Of a stretch of 64,000 bases of DNA, positions 1 to 13,123 are shown piece after piece. The stretch is from the human T2T-CHM13v2.0 reference genome, Homo sapiens, in NCBI RefSeq assembly GCF_009914755.1, contig NC_060940.1. The stretch is one strand, 5' to 3'. The notes under the pieces were generated by a model. The model was not told the DNA's origin and did no database searches. It saw nothing but the letters and a program-made list of their open reading frames with translations. Position 1 is the first letter of the stretch; every line of letters starts with the position of its first letter. Position numbers and translations under genes: made by a program.

Positions 1-469
1 GTCTCCAGCAGTCTGATGAGAGCTCCTTGTGTGCGCCAAGGTACCTGTGAGGAAGGAACAAGTTGGGCTCAGGTCGGTTACTGGTGCCCAAGGAAGAATG
101 CCATGCCCTGGAAATAACTGTCACTCTTCAGGGAATCAAGCACCTAGGTTGGGTCAATGTTGCTGGTCTGGGACCACACTTCTAGCAGCGAGGGTCCAGA
201 TCCCTTTTATTTACCTCCTCCTCCCTTTGGAATCCCAGTGTCCAACTGTCAAGCAACAATTCCCAGTTTTCCACAGTCTCTGCACATAGTTAGGTCATGG
301 AAATGAATGCACTTTGTCATCTGGACCTTAGGGAGGGATGCTAAGTGTTGTGAACGAATGGCATGTTGGGTAGATCCTGCCCAGATTGTAAGTGTTCTGA
401 GGGCAGTTCTGAGCCCCCTTCTCTTGTCTCTCTTGGATTGGGCTGAACAGTCAAAATGTGAAGCATGCC

Positions 470-640
470 CAAGACCCTGCATGGCCTTGGGCAAGTCACT
501 TCCTTGCAAGAATCCTATCTGTAAAACTGGGATAACTAATATTCACCTCCTAGGGTGTCATTTGGATTAAATGAGACATTGGAAGGGAAGGGCCCAGCAC
601 AGGAGGGATGTGTAAAACGTAGCTGACTGTCTCAATTTCC
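470..640 (+). mobile_element. MIR SINE fragment
   Basis: MIR core: ggccttgggcaagtcactt...atctgtaaaactgggataa...ggattaaatgaga. Confidence 0.6.
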
Positions 641-679
641 TTACAGAGATGCCACAAACAAGGAAGAGACACTGAACTC

Positions 680-886
680 AGGCTGCCTGGGTCCAATCTT
701 GCTGTTTCACTTCTTAGACCTGGGGCAAGTGGTTAACCTTTCTGGCCTTGATTTTCTCTTCTGTATGATAACAGCACATGCCACAAAGGGTTGCTGTGAA
801 GTTTAAATTAGAAAGTGCATTTAACATGCTTAGCACAGTGCCAGGCACACAACACCGTAAGCACACCATAAACATCAGCTATTATT
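680..886 (+). mobile_element. MIR SINE
   Basis: ggggcaagtggttaacct...gggttgctgtgaagtttaaattag...cttagcacagtgccaggcaca...gctattatt. Confidence 0.75.
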
Positions 887-1249
887 TTGGCTACTGTTGT
901 TGTTACTATTGGTGCTCCAGATCCCTGGCCTCCTTTGCAATCAGCAAGGTAAATGTTGGGAGTCCTATTCCTGGTAATGGTTGGGACTTGCATGGGACTT
1001 TCCACCTTAGGAAACAGACACATCATCATTGTAGTGAGGATTGCAAAGTATGGCCATAAGCCAGAGGGAGCTGGCTGGATTTTCAGCACCCCTAGCCTGG
1101 GACTCCAGTCCTCAGGGCAACTAGACAATGGTACCCTTCACATGGCAGGAGGGTATCCCCTGTTGGTGCCTTATGGAGTCTTGTTTATGCCTCTATCAGG
1201 GTACTCGTAACATCCGAGTTCAATCATTGTCTTGCCCTCCAACAAAGAC

Positions 1250-1358
1250 CCCAGAATCCAGGGCCAGGCCTTTTTCAGCTGTGTGTCCCTTTTGAAGCCC
1301 GGGAAGCAGTAGGTTCTCTAGAATATTTACTGGATAAATGAATGAGTGAGCTAATGAA
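1250..1358 (+). mobile_element. L2 3' end fragment
   Basis: cagtaggttctctagaatatttactggataaatgaatgagtgag; L2-type (TGAA)n tail. Confidence 0.5.
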
Positions 1359-2525
1359 TTCATATTGGAAATTTTTTTGAATTTAATAATCCTAAAAATC
1401 TTATTACCCTTTTTGGAGTTGAGCAGTGTGCTGGAGCCCCACTAACAAAGAGCAGGATCTACTACTTATCTCAAGACAGCCAGACCCATCCAGGATGGGG
1501 ACAGTTTGGGAAGAAAAGGGAGCCCACAGGATAGAGATTTTCTGCTGGCAAAATTCTCTAATTCCATGTCTGGACCAGGAAAATTTCTCTGATGCTCTTG
1601 GAAGTACAGTATGGAAACTGTGGAGGGGGTTCCTGGAAGGAAAGTCAGGAGGAAGCCTAGAAGGGTAGACTCTGTCCTAGACCGATGTCCTGAATCCAGA
1701 GCCTCCAGACCACAGAACATTGGTCTTATGAATCAGAGTGAATGCTACCATTTGACTTTGCTTCACCATCACACAAAAGCTTGAATTTCCACTAAAACTG
1801 CAATTTAATACTTTAACATAGGGACTCCTCTACCCTAGCAGTGGTGCTGAGTTCCAACCCATTTATTTCCCCAAAATGGGCAACATAAGCTCCTTAGAAA
1901 CATTTCAGATGGTCCCAGCACCGCACAGATGGGGAAAGCAACCAAGAGGAGTTTTGCATTGCCAGGAGTATTGATGGTTGGAATGCAATTGCTTTTGCAG
2001 TGATTCAGGAGCATGCTATGTTGCAAATGAACAGAAACCTGTAACTCTTGCATGATTAGGTCACTTAACTTAGTAAAAGATAGTGTCATCTACCTCCTTG
2101 TCTTCTCCTTTAGAATAACAGAAGGTCACAAGACTTAAAATAGACCCATAAAAGCCAAAGGTAAGTAGATAATCAAAAGAAATGTGGTAAAGTTGGTTTT
2201 CTATTGCACTGTGCACTGAGCATGAGGCAAGAGCAAAATTAATGGGCTCAAGCAAAGTTTAAATGGAGGTAGACATCTCTCCAACCTTAAGGGCTATAGG
2301 GATTTGTGAAGGTGAGAGATGTCCTTGAAATTAGTTTCACCTCTGCCCAGGCTCCTTGGAACAGAGACCATGTCACTGTCAGATTCATGTTACCATCACC
2401 TGATACAGTATTGCTCCCCTGGCCCATAAGAGGTGTTCGATATGTGTTTGATGAGTCTCCAGGATGGTGTAGAAATTACTCATAATTGAAAGAAGACTAT
2501 GTTGAAAAAGAGAGAGAAGCTTTGC

Positions 2526-2825
2526 CAGAGGTCAACAAACTATAGCCTGTGGGCCAAACCAGCCTCAAACCATTTTTGTGCAGCTCACAAGCTAAGAATG
2601 GTTTTGACATTTTTAAATAGTTGGAAAAAATCAAAAGAAGAATATTTTGTGACAAGCAAAAATCATCAGTGTCCATAAGGTTTTATCAGAACACAGCATA
2701 TTATTGATAGCTGCTTTTGTGTGTTACACTGTGAGAGTTGAGTAGTTGATATAGAGACTATATGGCCCACAAGGCCCCAAAAAATTTACCACAGGGTCTA
2801 ATCCTTTACAGGCTTAATCCTCCTG
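2526..2825. mobile_element. MER58B-like hAT-Charlie DNA transposon
   Basis: cagaggtcaacaaactatagcctgtgggccaaa...gctaagaatggttttgacatttttaaatagttgg. Confidence 0.75.
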
Positions 2826-2869
2826 TTCTAAACCTTTAAAATTGGTGAAGAGTTGGGGGAGAGTGAGAT

Positions 2870-2874
2870 ACACA

Positions 2875-2907
<33 letters not shown>

Positions 2908-2927
2908 GAAGGGAGAGAGAGAGAGAG
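2870..2927. repeat. (CA)n(GA)n compound microsatellite
   Basis: Directly visible. Confidence 0.95.
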
Positions 2928-2964
2928 TAACTTGGTAGCAGCGAAAACTGCTTAACAACCAGAA

Positions 2965-3365
2965 TGCATTAGTCAGCTTGGGCTGCAACAACAAATTGCC
3001 ATAGACTTGGTGACTTAAACAACAGACATTTATATTCTCATGATTCTGGAGGCTGTGAAGTCCAAGATCAAGGCACCAGCAAATTCAGCATGTGGTAAGG
3101 GCTTACTTCTTGGCTTACAGATGGCCATCTTGCCCAGATCTTCCTCAGATGTCAAACAGGAGAGAGAGAGAGCACAAACACAAACCCACTCTGGTGCCTC
3201 TTTGTGTAAGGACACCAACCCCATCATGAGGGCTCTACCCTGATGATCTCATCTAAACGTAATTACCTTTCAAAGACTCCATCTCCAAATACCATCACAT
3301 TGGAGATTACAGTTTTAACATATGGATTTGGTGGGGGTGGGGGGATACATTCAGTCCACAGTACA
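2965..3365 (-). mobile_element. MLT1A-like MaLR solo LTR
   Basis: tgcattagtcagcttgggctgc...gacttaaacaacagacatttat...aagtccaagatcaagg...cattcagtccacagtaca. Confidence 0.8.
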
Positions 3366-4068
3366 GAGTTATTAAAAAATGATATATGTAGCCTTGAAAA
3401 GAAGTGTTTTCTCTCACTGGAAGTGTCTGCAGATAGGCACGCACTTCTCAGAGATGCTTTTAGAAGTTTCAAGAATTAGGACAGGGAGCAGGCAGATGAT
3501 CTTTAAACCCCTTCCAGCCCTGAGGTGTCCAGAGTTTATGATTCAGACACAATTGAGGCCAGAAGGTGCCAAGGTGACTCTCTGGTCTAGGGGTCTCTTA
3601 TGCCTTTGGGTTTCACATCACGTTCTCCCTGCTCTGCCTGTCCTATGGGAAGCTTTTCTAATTACAATAAGCTGGAGGATCCACTGAAGATCATTCATCT
3701 ATCCATCAGGTAGGCATAGCCAGAGATACTGGACTGTAAATTCTGAATGTATTTGTTAAACCTAAGTGATAGCAGTTGCTGACAAGGGGAAAGTAATTTC
3801 TTTATTCACCAAGTCTCAAAGCTTTTGATATGAGTCAGTCTTCAAACATAAAGGTGACTTTGCAGTTGCAGATGGTTTTCTGTGGCTTTTTCTCTATGGG
3901 ACCACTATTTCTCATTTGAAGCCAGAAGAGACTGATGTACTTGCAGTTCCAGCCTTCCATCTCAAAGGGCTCTATAAGCCATCTTAACTTCAAAATTTTC
4001 CTTTTGGTATCAACACAGGCTGGATTTGGGGTTAGGCATTGTAGTGGAGATAGGCATGGAAGCTGTTC

Positions 4069-4371
<303 letters not shown>

Positions 4372-4559
4372 TGAGGCTGTTCTTTAATCCTCTTCTACCT
4401 AATGAATAGTCATTGATGTGGGCAAATGAGGGAAAGCCACAGAAGAGAGCAAAGAGCAGGCTGAGCAGCTCACCAGATAGCTCAGAGTAACCCTGGGGAA
4501 TCCAAGTGGCTGGAGAAGAGGCTGATGTGGTTTAAAATTTTTTCTGTCATTTCGGATGG

Positions 4560-4998
4560 TGTAAGAGTCAGGTTTTACTGTAATAATGCTGTGTAACAAA
4601 TAATCCCAAAATCCTAATGGTTCACAATATTAAGCATTCATTTCATACTCATGGGTCAACTGCAGTTTGGCTGTTCTCAGCTAGGTTTAGCAGAGCTCCA
4701 CAAACTAGACTAGACCCATGCTTTGGGATGTTTCAGATCTCTTCTCTGTGTCTTCCCTCAGGATGGCACATGTTCTCATAATGCAGAGCAGAAGCTACAA
4801 GGGAGCTGGAAGAAACTCACTTAAGGTCTCAGCTTGGAATTTGCACTATGTCACTTTTGCCCACATCCCATTGGCCAAAGCAAACCATATGACCAAGCCC
4901 AAAATCAATGGTGCAGGGAGGTATACTAGAGCTATGGATAATCCATGGCTAGGACATAGAGGAAAGAAAGAATTATGGAGAAATAATACATCTAACAC
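4560..4998 (-). mobile_element. Old MaLR LTR (MLT1I/J-like)
   Basis: taatgctgtgtaacaaataatcccaaaatc...cccacatcccattggccaaagcaaaccatatgaccaagcccaaaatcaatgg. Confidence 0.7.
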
Positions 4999-5435
4999 AG
5001 GGGGTGACCTCATTTCCCTTTACTTCACAAACTTTGCTGAAATGCTACAAGAAAATCAAGATCCTTTTCCAGACTCATTTAATAGGGCTCAAGGATTATA
5101 AAGAAATTTTGGTTTGAGATGGAAAGCATGAGGGTACAGACCATTATTCTGAATACCATTGGTCTCATGGATCCCAGGAGATACAGAAGTTTATGGGTGT
5201 TGGGGCTGAATCCTCTAGAACTTAAAGAAAAAAACACCAAGCCCACATGAATGCAGTTTCTCCTATCTCCACATCCTTTAAAGACTCTATTTAACCAGTT
5301 AGTCTGCTTGCAGTTCACCAAGATTGTATCCTGTAAGTGTTTTCACCATCAGTTAACATGTGATAGATTATTTCTGAATACCCAGGATAATGATAAGCTA
5401 AACAAAAAAGTATGGTCCTTTTTATGCGCTTGCTT

Positions 5436-5630
5436 CTTAACAGTTTACAAAATGTTTTTACCTACATGATCTCCTTTAACACTAACAACCATCCTTCCAG
5501 GTAAACAAAAGGAACACAACAAAAGGAAGATAACTCCATTTTAAGGAGGTTTTAAAAAGGTAAATGATGTGCCCAACTTCACAGGCAAGTATTAAAGATC
5601 TGGGACTGGAGATGAGATTTCCTAACCCCT
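5436..5630 (-). mobile_element. MIR SINE
   Basis: tttacaaaatgtttttacctacatgatctc...aggtaaatgatgtgcccaacttcacaggcaagt. Confidence 0.55.
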
Positions 5631-5689
5631 GGCCCTCTCTCCCTGCTCCTCTCCAGCCACACCCACCTCTGTGATTTTCCTTGGGCACC

Positions 5690-6105
5690 ACAATCGTGCT
5701 TCCCTCTCAAGGTATTTGCACCTTAAGCTCCCTCTGTCTAGAATGCCGTTCCTCCAAATAGACCAGGGGTTGACTTTCTCACTGTGTTCTGTTCTCTGCT
5801 CGATTGTGCCAACTTCAGAGGTGTCTGAGCACCCTGCCTACAATTATGCATCTCATTACCCTCTATGCTTTTGCTGTCCTTTGCTTTTCTGCATAAGGTT
5901 CATCACTCTGTGACGATACATTCTACACGAAGATGTCTGCTTATGTATTATCTGTCTCTCTTCTGAAATGGGAGCTTCACAAGGGCAGGAAGCTTGTCTA
6001 TTCACTGCAGTATCTAGCGGCACCCTGAAATAGGAGTTGTATATGGCAAATGCTTAGTAAATATTTCTTGAATGAATGAATCAATGAATGGAATAAATGA
6101 GTAAA
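5690..6105 (+). mobile_element. L2 3' end
   Basis: ccctctgtctagaatgcc...agcttcacaagggcagg...gtaaatatttcttgaatgaatgaatcaatgaat. Confidence 0.75.
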
Positions 6106-8165
6106 TTAGCTTTAGTACTTTCTGTCTCCAGACATAACCCTCTCTGACGCCTCACCTATGGTAGGTGCCAAACTTTGCCAGAACTGTCTATGAGCTTCAT
6201 TCGACCTTTAAGAAGAACTGAGCCCCAAGACACTATCAACGATGTTCCAACCCCACTTCAGGCCCTTCCAGTGGCTGTTCTGGCAACACTGTATGATCAG
6301 CAGCCTGGATCAGAGGTTTGAGGAGCCAAGCCAGAGTTCTGGAGGACCAGCATCTTGCATCCCTGGAGCAGAGGTCTTGAGACAAAGTCCTGGCAACTAG
6401 CATCTGCACCAGAAGCATGTGATAGGCTGGATTAATGCTCTAGGATCTCTTCATAAGCATGGCTTCCTTAAGCCAGTTTGCTACTTGGCTTCAGTCCCCA
6501 AAAGGCTCCTGCTAAGAGACCCCACTAACCCTGAGGATTTCCTTGATCACAGGAAGTACATAATCTTGTTTTGTCCCAGGCCCATCCTGTTGAAAGCAAA
6601 TGAAGACCCACCTTGACCACCCCATGCAGTGGGAAGAAGACCCTCTCCCCTGCCAGTGTCAGCCTTGGTCCATTAAGGGTTATTATCCCACTACTCATCA
6701 ACAGAAACCCAACTCCCACCACAGAATTTTAAAGTAGAAAAGAAACACGTGTTAAATTGTCTCTATCACTATGCAAACATCAAGATGCATAACTCACATT
6801 ACAAGCACAGTACATCTCACATATATGGAACTACCAGCCATGTGACCTTGGCCGGACATCAAAAGCTTTCACTTCTCAAGAGCTTCAGTATCCTTCAATA
6901 TCCACAAAATGGGAATCTGTCTCAACACATTGCTAGAAAGATGCTGAGAGATGATGTTTGATTCTCTAATGTATCTCTAGTGATTTATTTAACGGGTTAG
7001 TTTAGCTCTTTCCATTTCAGTTTCCTCTGTCATAAAAATGGGAAAGCTAAATAAATACTAAAGTTCCTGCCAGCTCTAAATGTCTATAAAATGTCATCAG
7101 ATTGTTCAATGAATTTGGTAAGCTTGCCAAAGATTTTATTTCTGATACAATAAAATACATAGTACATTGTAAACATTTTAATTAGTAGAACAGATTGTAT
7201 AATTTACATGATGTACATTGCATTATGTCAAATACATGTGTGGTAATACACCTCAAAATTATGACAATGTGTGACCCACATAATAAAAACAACTATTCCT
7301 TCCAGTTCACACGCCCAATGCTTAATTTGATTTGGAGATAAATAAAGCACGGAAATTACCAATTGTCTCATTGTTACAGTGTTTTAAAATACCAATTGCC
7401 TTGTAAAATGGATGTGGGGACAATTTACAGCAACCCAGGCTCATCGGAGGGCAGGAAGATGCCATTTCAACAGTCTTATCCTTTCCTGATGCCTGCATTG
7501 GTCTAGATATGAGAGCAGGATGTGTCCAGCCTCCAAGGGAATGGTGTAGGATTTAGTACCACAATCTCCACCGACTTAGACCAAGAACAGCCTTGGATTT
7601 CATGGTTGGCAGATTGCAAGGCCAACAGAGGAAGAGCTTTCCAGCATCAAATTTCCACCAAAACATGAGCTCTGCAAGGCCAGGGACTGAGACTATTTGC
7701 TTACCACATAATGCTTGGCACACAACAGGTAGTCAACACTTATTTTTGGAAGGGAAGGAGCAACAAGACATTACAAAGATCCCAGAGGGGCCCAAGCCAT
7801 AGGCAAGATGACCTCTTGGTGGGGATATCGCCAAGAGAAGCCTGGCATTCCTGGGGACCGGGGATCTAGGTCTTTATGAATCCTGAGTTTCCACCAAGAC
7901 CTGCAAAGATGAACACAAAATGGGGAGCCGAGGAGAGAAAAGACCATCTCTCTTTCTCATTTAGGTCCAAAGAGTGATGAATGGATATGGTATTGGCTGA
8001 GTTGTACTCAGCTGGGTGATTTCTCTTCAGGAACACGGACTTTCAGAAGCAAATTTACATCTGAAGCTGGACTGCTGGTGAAATGAATAATAGAGTTCAG
8101 CCCAGGCTGGGAAAAGCATGGGCTAAACTATAAGCATGGTCTCAAGAAGAATCAAAGCTTGGCCT

Positions 8166-8614
8166 CTATATTAGCTTCCTAAGGCTGCCATAACAAAGCA
8201 CCACACCCTGGGTGGCTTAAAACAACAGAACTGTATTCCCTCACAGTTCTGGAAGCCAGAAGTCTGAAATCAAAGTGACAGCTGGGCCTTGTTCCCTCTG
8301 AAAGGTCTAGGTAAGAATGCTTCCTTGCCTCTTTCAAGCTTCTGGTGGTTTTCATGGCATTCCTTGCCTTGCAGCTGCGTCACTCCGATCTCTGCCTCTG
8401 TCTTCATAAGGCCTTCTTCCCTGTGTCTGTGTTACTCTGTCCAAATTTCCCTCTCTTATACGGACAGCAGCCTTGGATTAAGATCTACCTTAACCCAGTA
8501 TGACCTCATCTTAACTGAACTAGTTACATGTGCAAAGATCCTATTTTCAAATAAAGCCATATGCTAAGGATTCAGTGAACATGAAGTTTTGGGAGACAAT
8601 ATTCAACTCAGCAC
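8166..8614 (-). mobile_element. MLT1C-like MaLR solo LTR
   Basis: ggctgccataacaaagcaccacaccctgggtggcttaaaacaacagaa...tatgacctcatcttaact...attcaactcagcaca. Confidence 0.8.
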
Positions 8615-8772
8615 AGCCTCCAAGGGTTATAATGGGACACTCTCCCTGTGGGAGCTTGGCTGGGTCTCAGAGCCTAGGCACTCCAATGGCAATGTTTGCC
8701 CTTCTGGGGCTCTCAAACCCCTTCTGCCACTAATGTGCTGGCCTCAGGGGAGGGTGGCACTGTGTCTCCTTT

Positions 8773-8774
<2 letters not shown>

Positions 8775-8820
<46 letters not shown>

Positions 8821-8828
8821 AGAGAGAG
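8775..8828. repeat. (AC)n(AG)n microsatellite
   Basis: Directly visible. Confidence 0.95.
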
Positions 8829-9125
8829 TTAGTTAGCAGACAATCTGAAGGTTCTTTTAAGTTCAGTGGGGAAGCCCTGCCATCTCCACAGAGCAGGGAC
8901 CCTACAAGATCCTCACCTCCTAAAGTGACCACAAGGGTGTGGATATGGCTGAAGTCATATGAATCCAAGACAGGGAGACCACTGAAGCCAGCATCCCTGC
9001 TCCTGACCTCCCTGGATGCTCTAGCAGTCTCTGCAAGAGAGTCCTGGCCCCAGCTCCTCCCCACAGGGCTGTGGCTTGGTTCTTGTCTCCACAGACAAAC
9101 CAGTAAGCCTCAGAAGGGATGCATG

Positions 9126-9127
<2 letters not shown>

Positions 9128-9165
<38 letters not shown>
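9128..9165. repeat. (GT)n microsatellite
   Basis: Directly visible. Confidence 0.95.
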
Positions 9166-9167
<2 letters not shown>

Positions 9168-9279
9168 ACGTGTGCATGTGCTCAGTGCTCTCCTGGAACT
9201 GCTTAGCCCTGAGACAGCAAGGGGTTAAGGGAAAAGAGTGAGTAGAATCAGAACACAAGAGGACCTCTCCCTCCTTTCA

Positions 9280-9532
<253 letters not shown>

Positions 9533-9842
9533 AAAGAGCCAGCTAATGTAAGATAATTGTTCCAACAAAATACAGCCTATGAAAGAGATCAGAAAAGAAA
9601 GTGGGGTTAATGGTTAATAATTATGCTGCTGAAAATCTAGGCAGCAGCTCCCAACCCCAAATATTTAGCACTGAGGAAAACTCCCAAGCGCCCACTGCTG
9701 CCTGATCCCCATGCATCTCCCAGCAAGCCTGGAGGATGAACCTTCGGGAATCACCCTCCCCACTTTATAGATGGGGATATGGATCCTTGGAGATCATAAT
9801 ATGGCTAGCAGGAAGTGGCTCCTTCAAGGACATCCAAAGAAC

Positions 9843-9968
9843 CCCTTTCATTTACAGAAAATGAGGTACAGAGAAGGTGATGCATTGGAACAAGGTCACA
9901 CAGCTGTTAAGATGCCGAGTCAGAATTGAACCCAAGTTTGCCTGGCTCGAAATCCAGGGCTCTTTCCA
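9843..9968 (-). mobile_element. MIR SINE fragment
   Basis: catttacagaaaatgaggtacagagaaggtga...caaggtcacacagct...gaattgaacccaagtttgcctggctc. Confidence 0.7.
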
Positions 9969-10607
9969 CAAAACTCCATGATGATGTGGTTTTGTGGCTT
10001 GCTCAGTTTCCCATGGCTAGTGGGTAACATCACGGGGTCTTAACTGAAATGAGGGTCTTCCCCCTTCTTGTCCAGCCTCCTATCCCACTTCATACTTTTA
10101 AGACTCAAAGAGAGGATCACCTGATCACCAGCTCAGCCTTCCCCTTCTTGTTTCACTCTCACTGATGGCCACTCCAGGACCCTCCTCAAGGAGACCTGGC
10201 AGGTCCACGTGGGAAGAATGGGAGACCCCATGACTAAGCATTTATTGGAAGGACAAGTCCTTGCCTTTACTACACCACCAGTCTGTGTTCTCAAACTGGG
10301 CCAGACATTTGTTATTTTGCATCAGCTCTAAATGCTGAATAGCAGAGAAAAAGTGGGACACTTTGGAACTGGCTTTCCTCAGTGCCAACAAAGTGCCATT
10401 ATTTTAACTTCATTTGTGCGGTACAAATGAGAAGGAGATAAATGTCGTGTTCCAGCCAGAGTCTATTAGTGAGTATCAACTGTAACATGGAAAGATTGTA
10501 CAATCTGGCCATGTTAGAGAAGCAGAAGGAAAACTGCACCCAAGATCTTAGCTCTTACATTCCTTCTACCTGGGATTTCTGAAATGTGAAGCAAGATAAA
10601 AATGCAG

Positions 10608-10794
10608 ACAGTGAATTACATACCTACAGCCAGTTGCCTATACTTTTTCCTCAAATTAAATACTAATTCTAGCTGGGTGACCTTGGATATGTCCCAGGTA
10701 ACCTCTTGAGGTTACTAAAGTTTACCCAGTTAGAATTAGTATTTAATTTGAAGAAAAAGTATAGACAACTGGCTGGAGGTATGTAATTCACTGT
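10608..10794. repeat. Long inverted repeat (71-bp arms) interrupting a MIR fragment
   Basis: 10608-10678 vs reverse complement of 10724-10794: 67/71 identical; inner stem gtaacctc-tt-gaggttac (10698-10715). Confidence 0.95.
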
Positions 10795-11134
10795 GAGCAT
10801 TTAATTTTAAATTTTCTCATCTGTAAATTTAAGACAATATCTGACCTGCCTGCTACACCATTTTTGTATGAGAATTAAAGAAGCAAATGCAAGGAAAATT
10901 GCAACTGTTCCATAAATGTTATTAATTATGCACTACACATAATATACACACAAAATAATTATGCAGCTAAGCAATTTGGAAGCATATTATAAGTGTGTAA
11001 TTCAAAATATAATATATTGATGTTTTACATTCCTGACGTTACTTGTTTGTATAATAATCCTGTGAGATCCAATAGAAGAGAGGAAGGACTGTTTAAACCT
11101 CTATTCTTTTTGCTTCGTTTGAATACATTTTCGT

Positions 11135-11260
11135 TCAAATATAGAGCATGTCATATAGAGAAGTACTTGATGAATTTTTCCAAAGTGAATACATTCCTAT
11201 CACCAGCAGCCAGAGTCATAATTAGGATATTATCAGCTCCTCAGAAGCTCCACACCCAAC
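11135..11260 (-). mobile_element. L1M(E)-like 3' fragment, host of the ERV insertion
   Basis: ttgatgaatttttccaaagtgaatacattcctatcaccagc...tatcagctcctcagaagctcc; similar L1 sequence resumes at ~22690. Confidence 0.6.
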
Positions 11261-11866
11261 TGTTAAATTAAACTAAATTTGGCCTGAGGATATCTCCGTA
11301 CTTGAGTCTTTATATAATGAACTGCAAACCTATCTTAGCAGGTAAGCTCACTGAAAGCCTAACTCAGGAGTATACTCTTGTAACAAACAGCTGAGTCTCA
11401 GCCAATCACAGCAGCCAAGCTTCAGTCAATCACAGGCGCCCCACCGATCAGGCCACGTTCAAATAAGGCAAATGCTGAGCTGTAACCAATGGAACTGCCT
11501 CTGTACCTCACTTTCCTATTCTGTCCATAAATGCTGCCTGACCCCATTGCAGGCTGGAATTCTCTGAATCTGTTCTGGTTTTGAGGGCTGTCTGATCATT
11601 ATTTTGTGTGCAAATTGTTCTTTGCTCGACAAAACTCTGTTAAGTTTTAACCCACTCCCTTCAGGCTGGACTGTTTCCCCACCAGAGGAAGCCCCCAAAG
11701 GCTTCACTCCCAGGACAATAATCTATTAATCTCCATCCCCCCAACCAAAAAATCATAATAATAATAATATTTCTTCATTAGGGATTTCAAACCAAGTCTG
11801 AAAGATCTCCATGTACAAACCTGTTTAATTGACACTTTTAGTTTGTCTGAAGTTTTTCTTTTAACA
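11261..11866 (+). mobile_element. 5' LTR (MER57-like) with ~190-bp foreign insert
   Basis: TG...CA ends (tgttaaa...ttttaaca); repeated CCAAT-like boxes; ttcaaataaggcaaatgctgagctgtaaccaat motif of MER57-group LTRs. Confidence 0.8.
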
Positions 11867-11869
11867 GAT

Positions 11870-11886
11870 TGATGTCAGAGTGGTGT
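11870..11886 (+). promoter_or_regulatory. Degenerate retroviral primer-binding site (tRNA-Leu-like)
   Basis: tgatgtcagagtggtgt starts 3 nt after the LTR end and resembles TGGTGTCAGAAGTGGGAT, the complement of a tRNA-Leu 3' end. Confidence 0.45.
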
Positions 11887-12187
11887 CCAGAGTAGAACTC
11901 CAATGACCCCCCAGGAGCCCTGAGTGAAGGCAAAGGTACCCACCTGGGCCCATTGTGCCCTTTGACTTCTCACAACAGTTAGGATCATGGGTAAGTTTTC
12001 TCCCAGATTCCGAGCTCCATGAACTTGTATTTTGAGCCCTCCAAGTTTGAGTGTTTTTGATCTAGACTGGATTAGGAAGTCACAAAAGAAACAAGACTGG
12101 GCTCTTAAGGAGGCCTCAAGTATCTGACTAGGTCAGACAGAAACCAGACTGGGTTCAGTAGGTAAGGTTCCCAGAAGACAGGGAATC

Positions 12188-13123
<936 letters not shown>

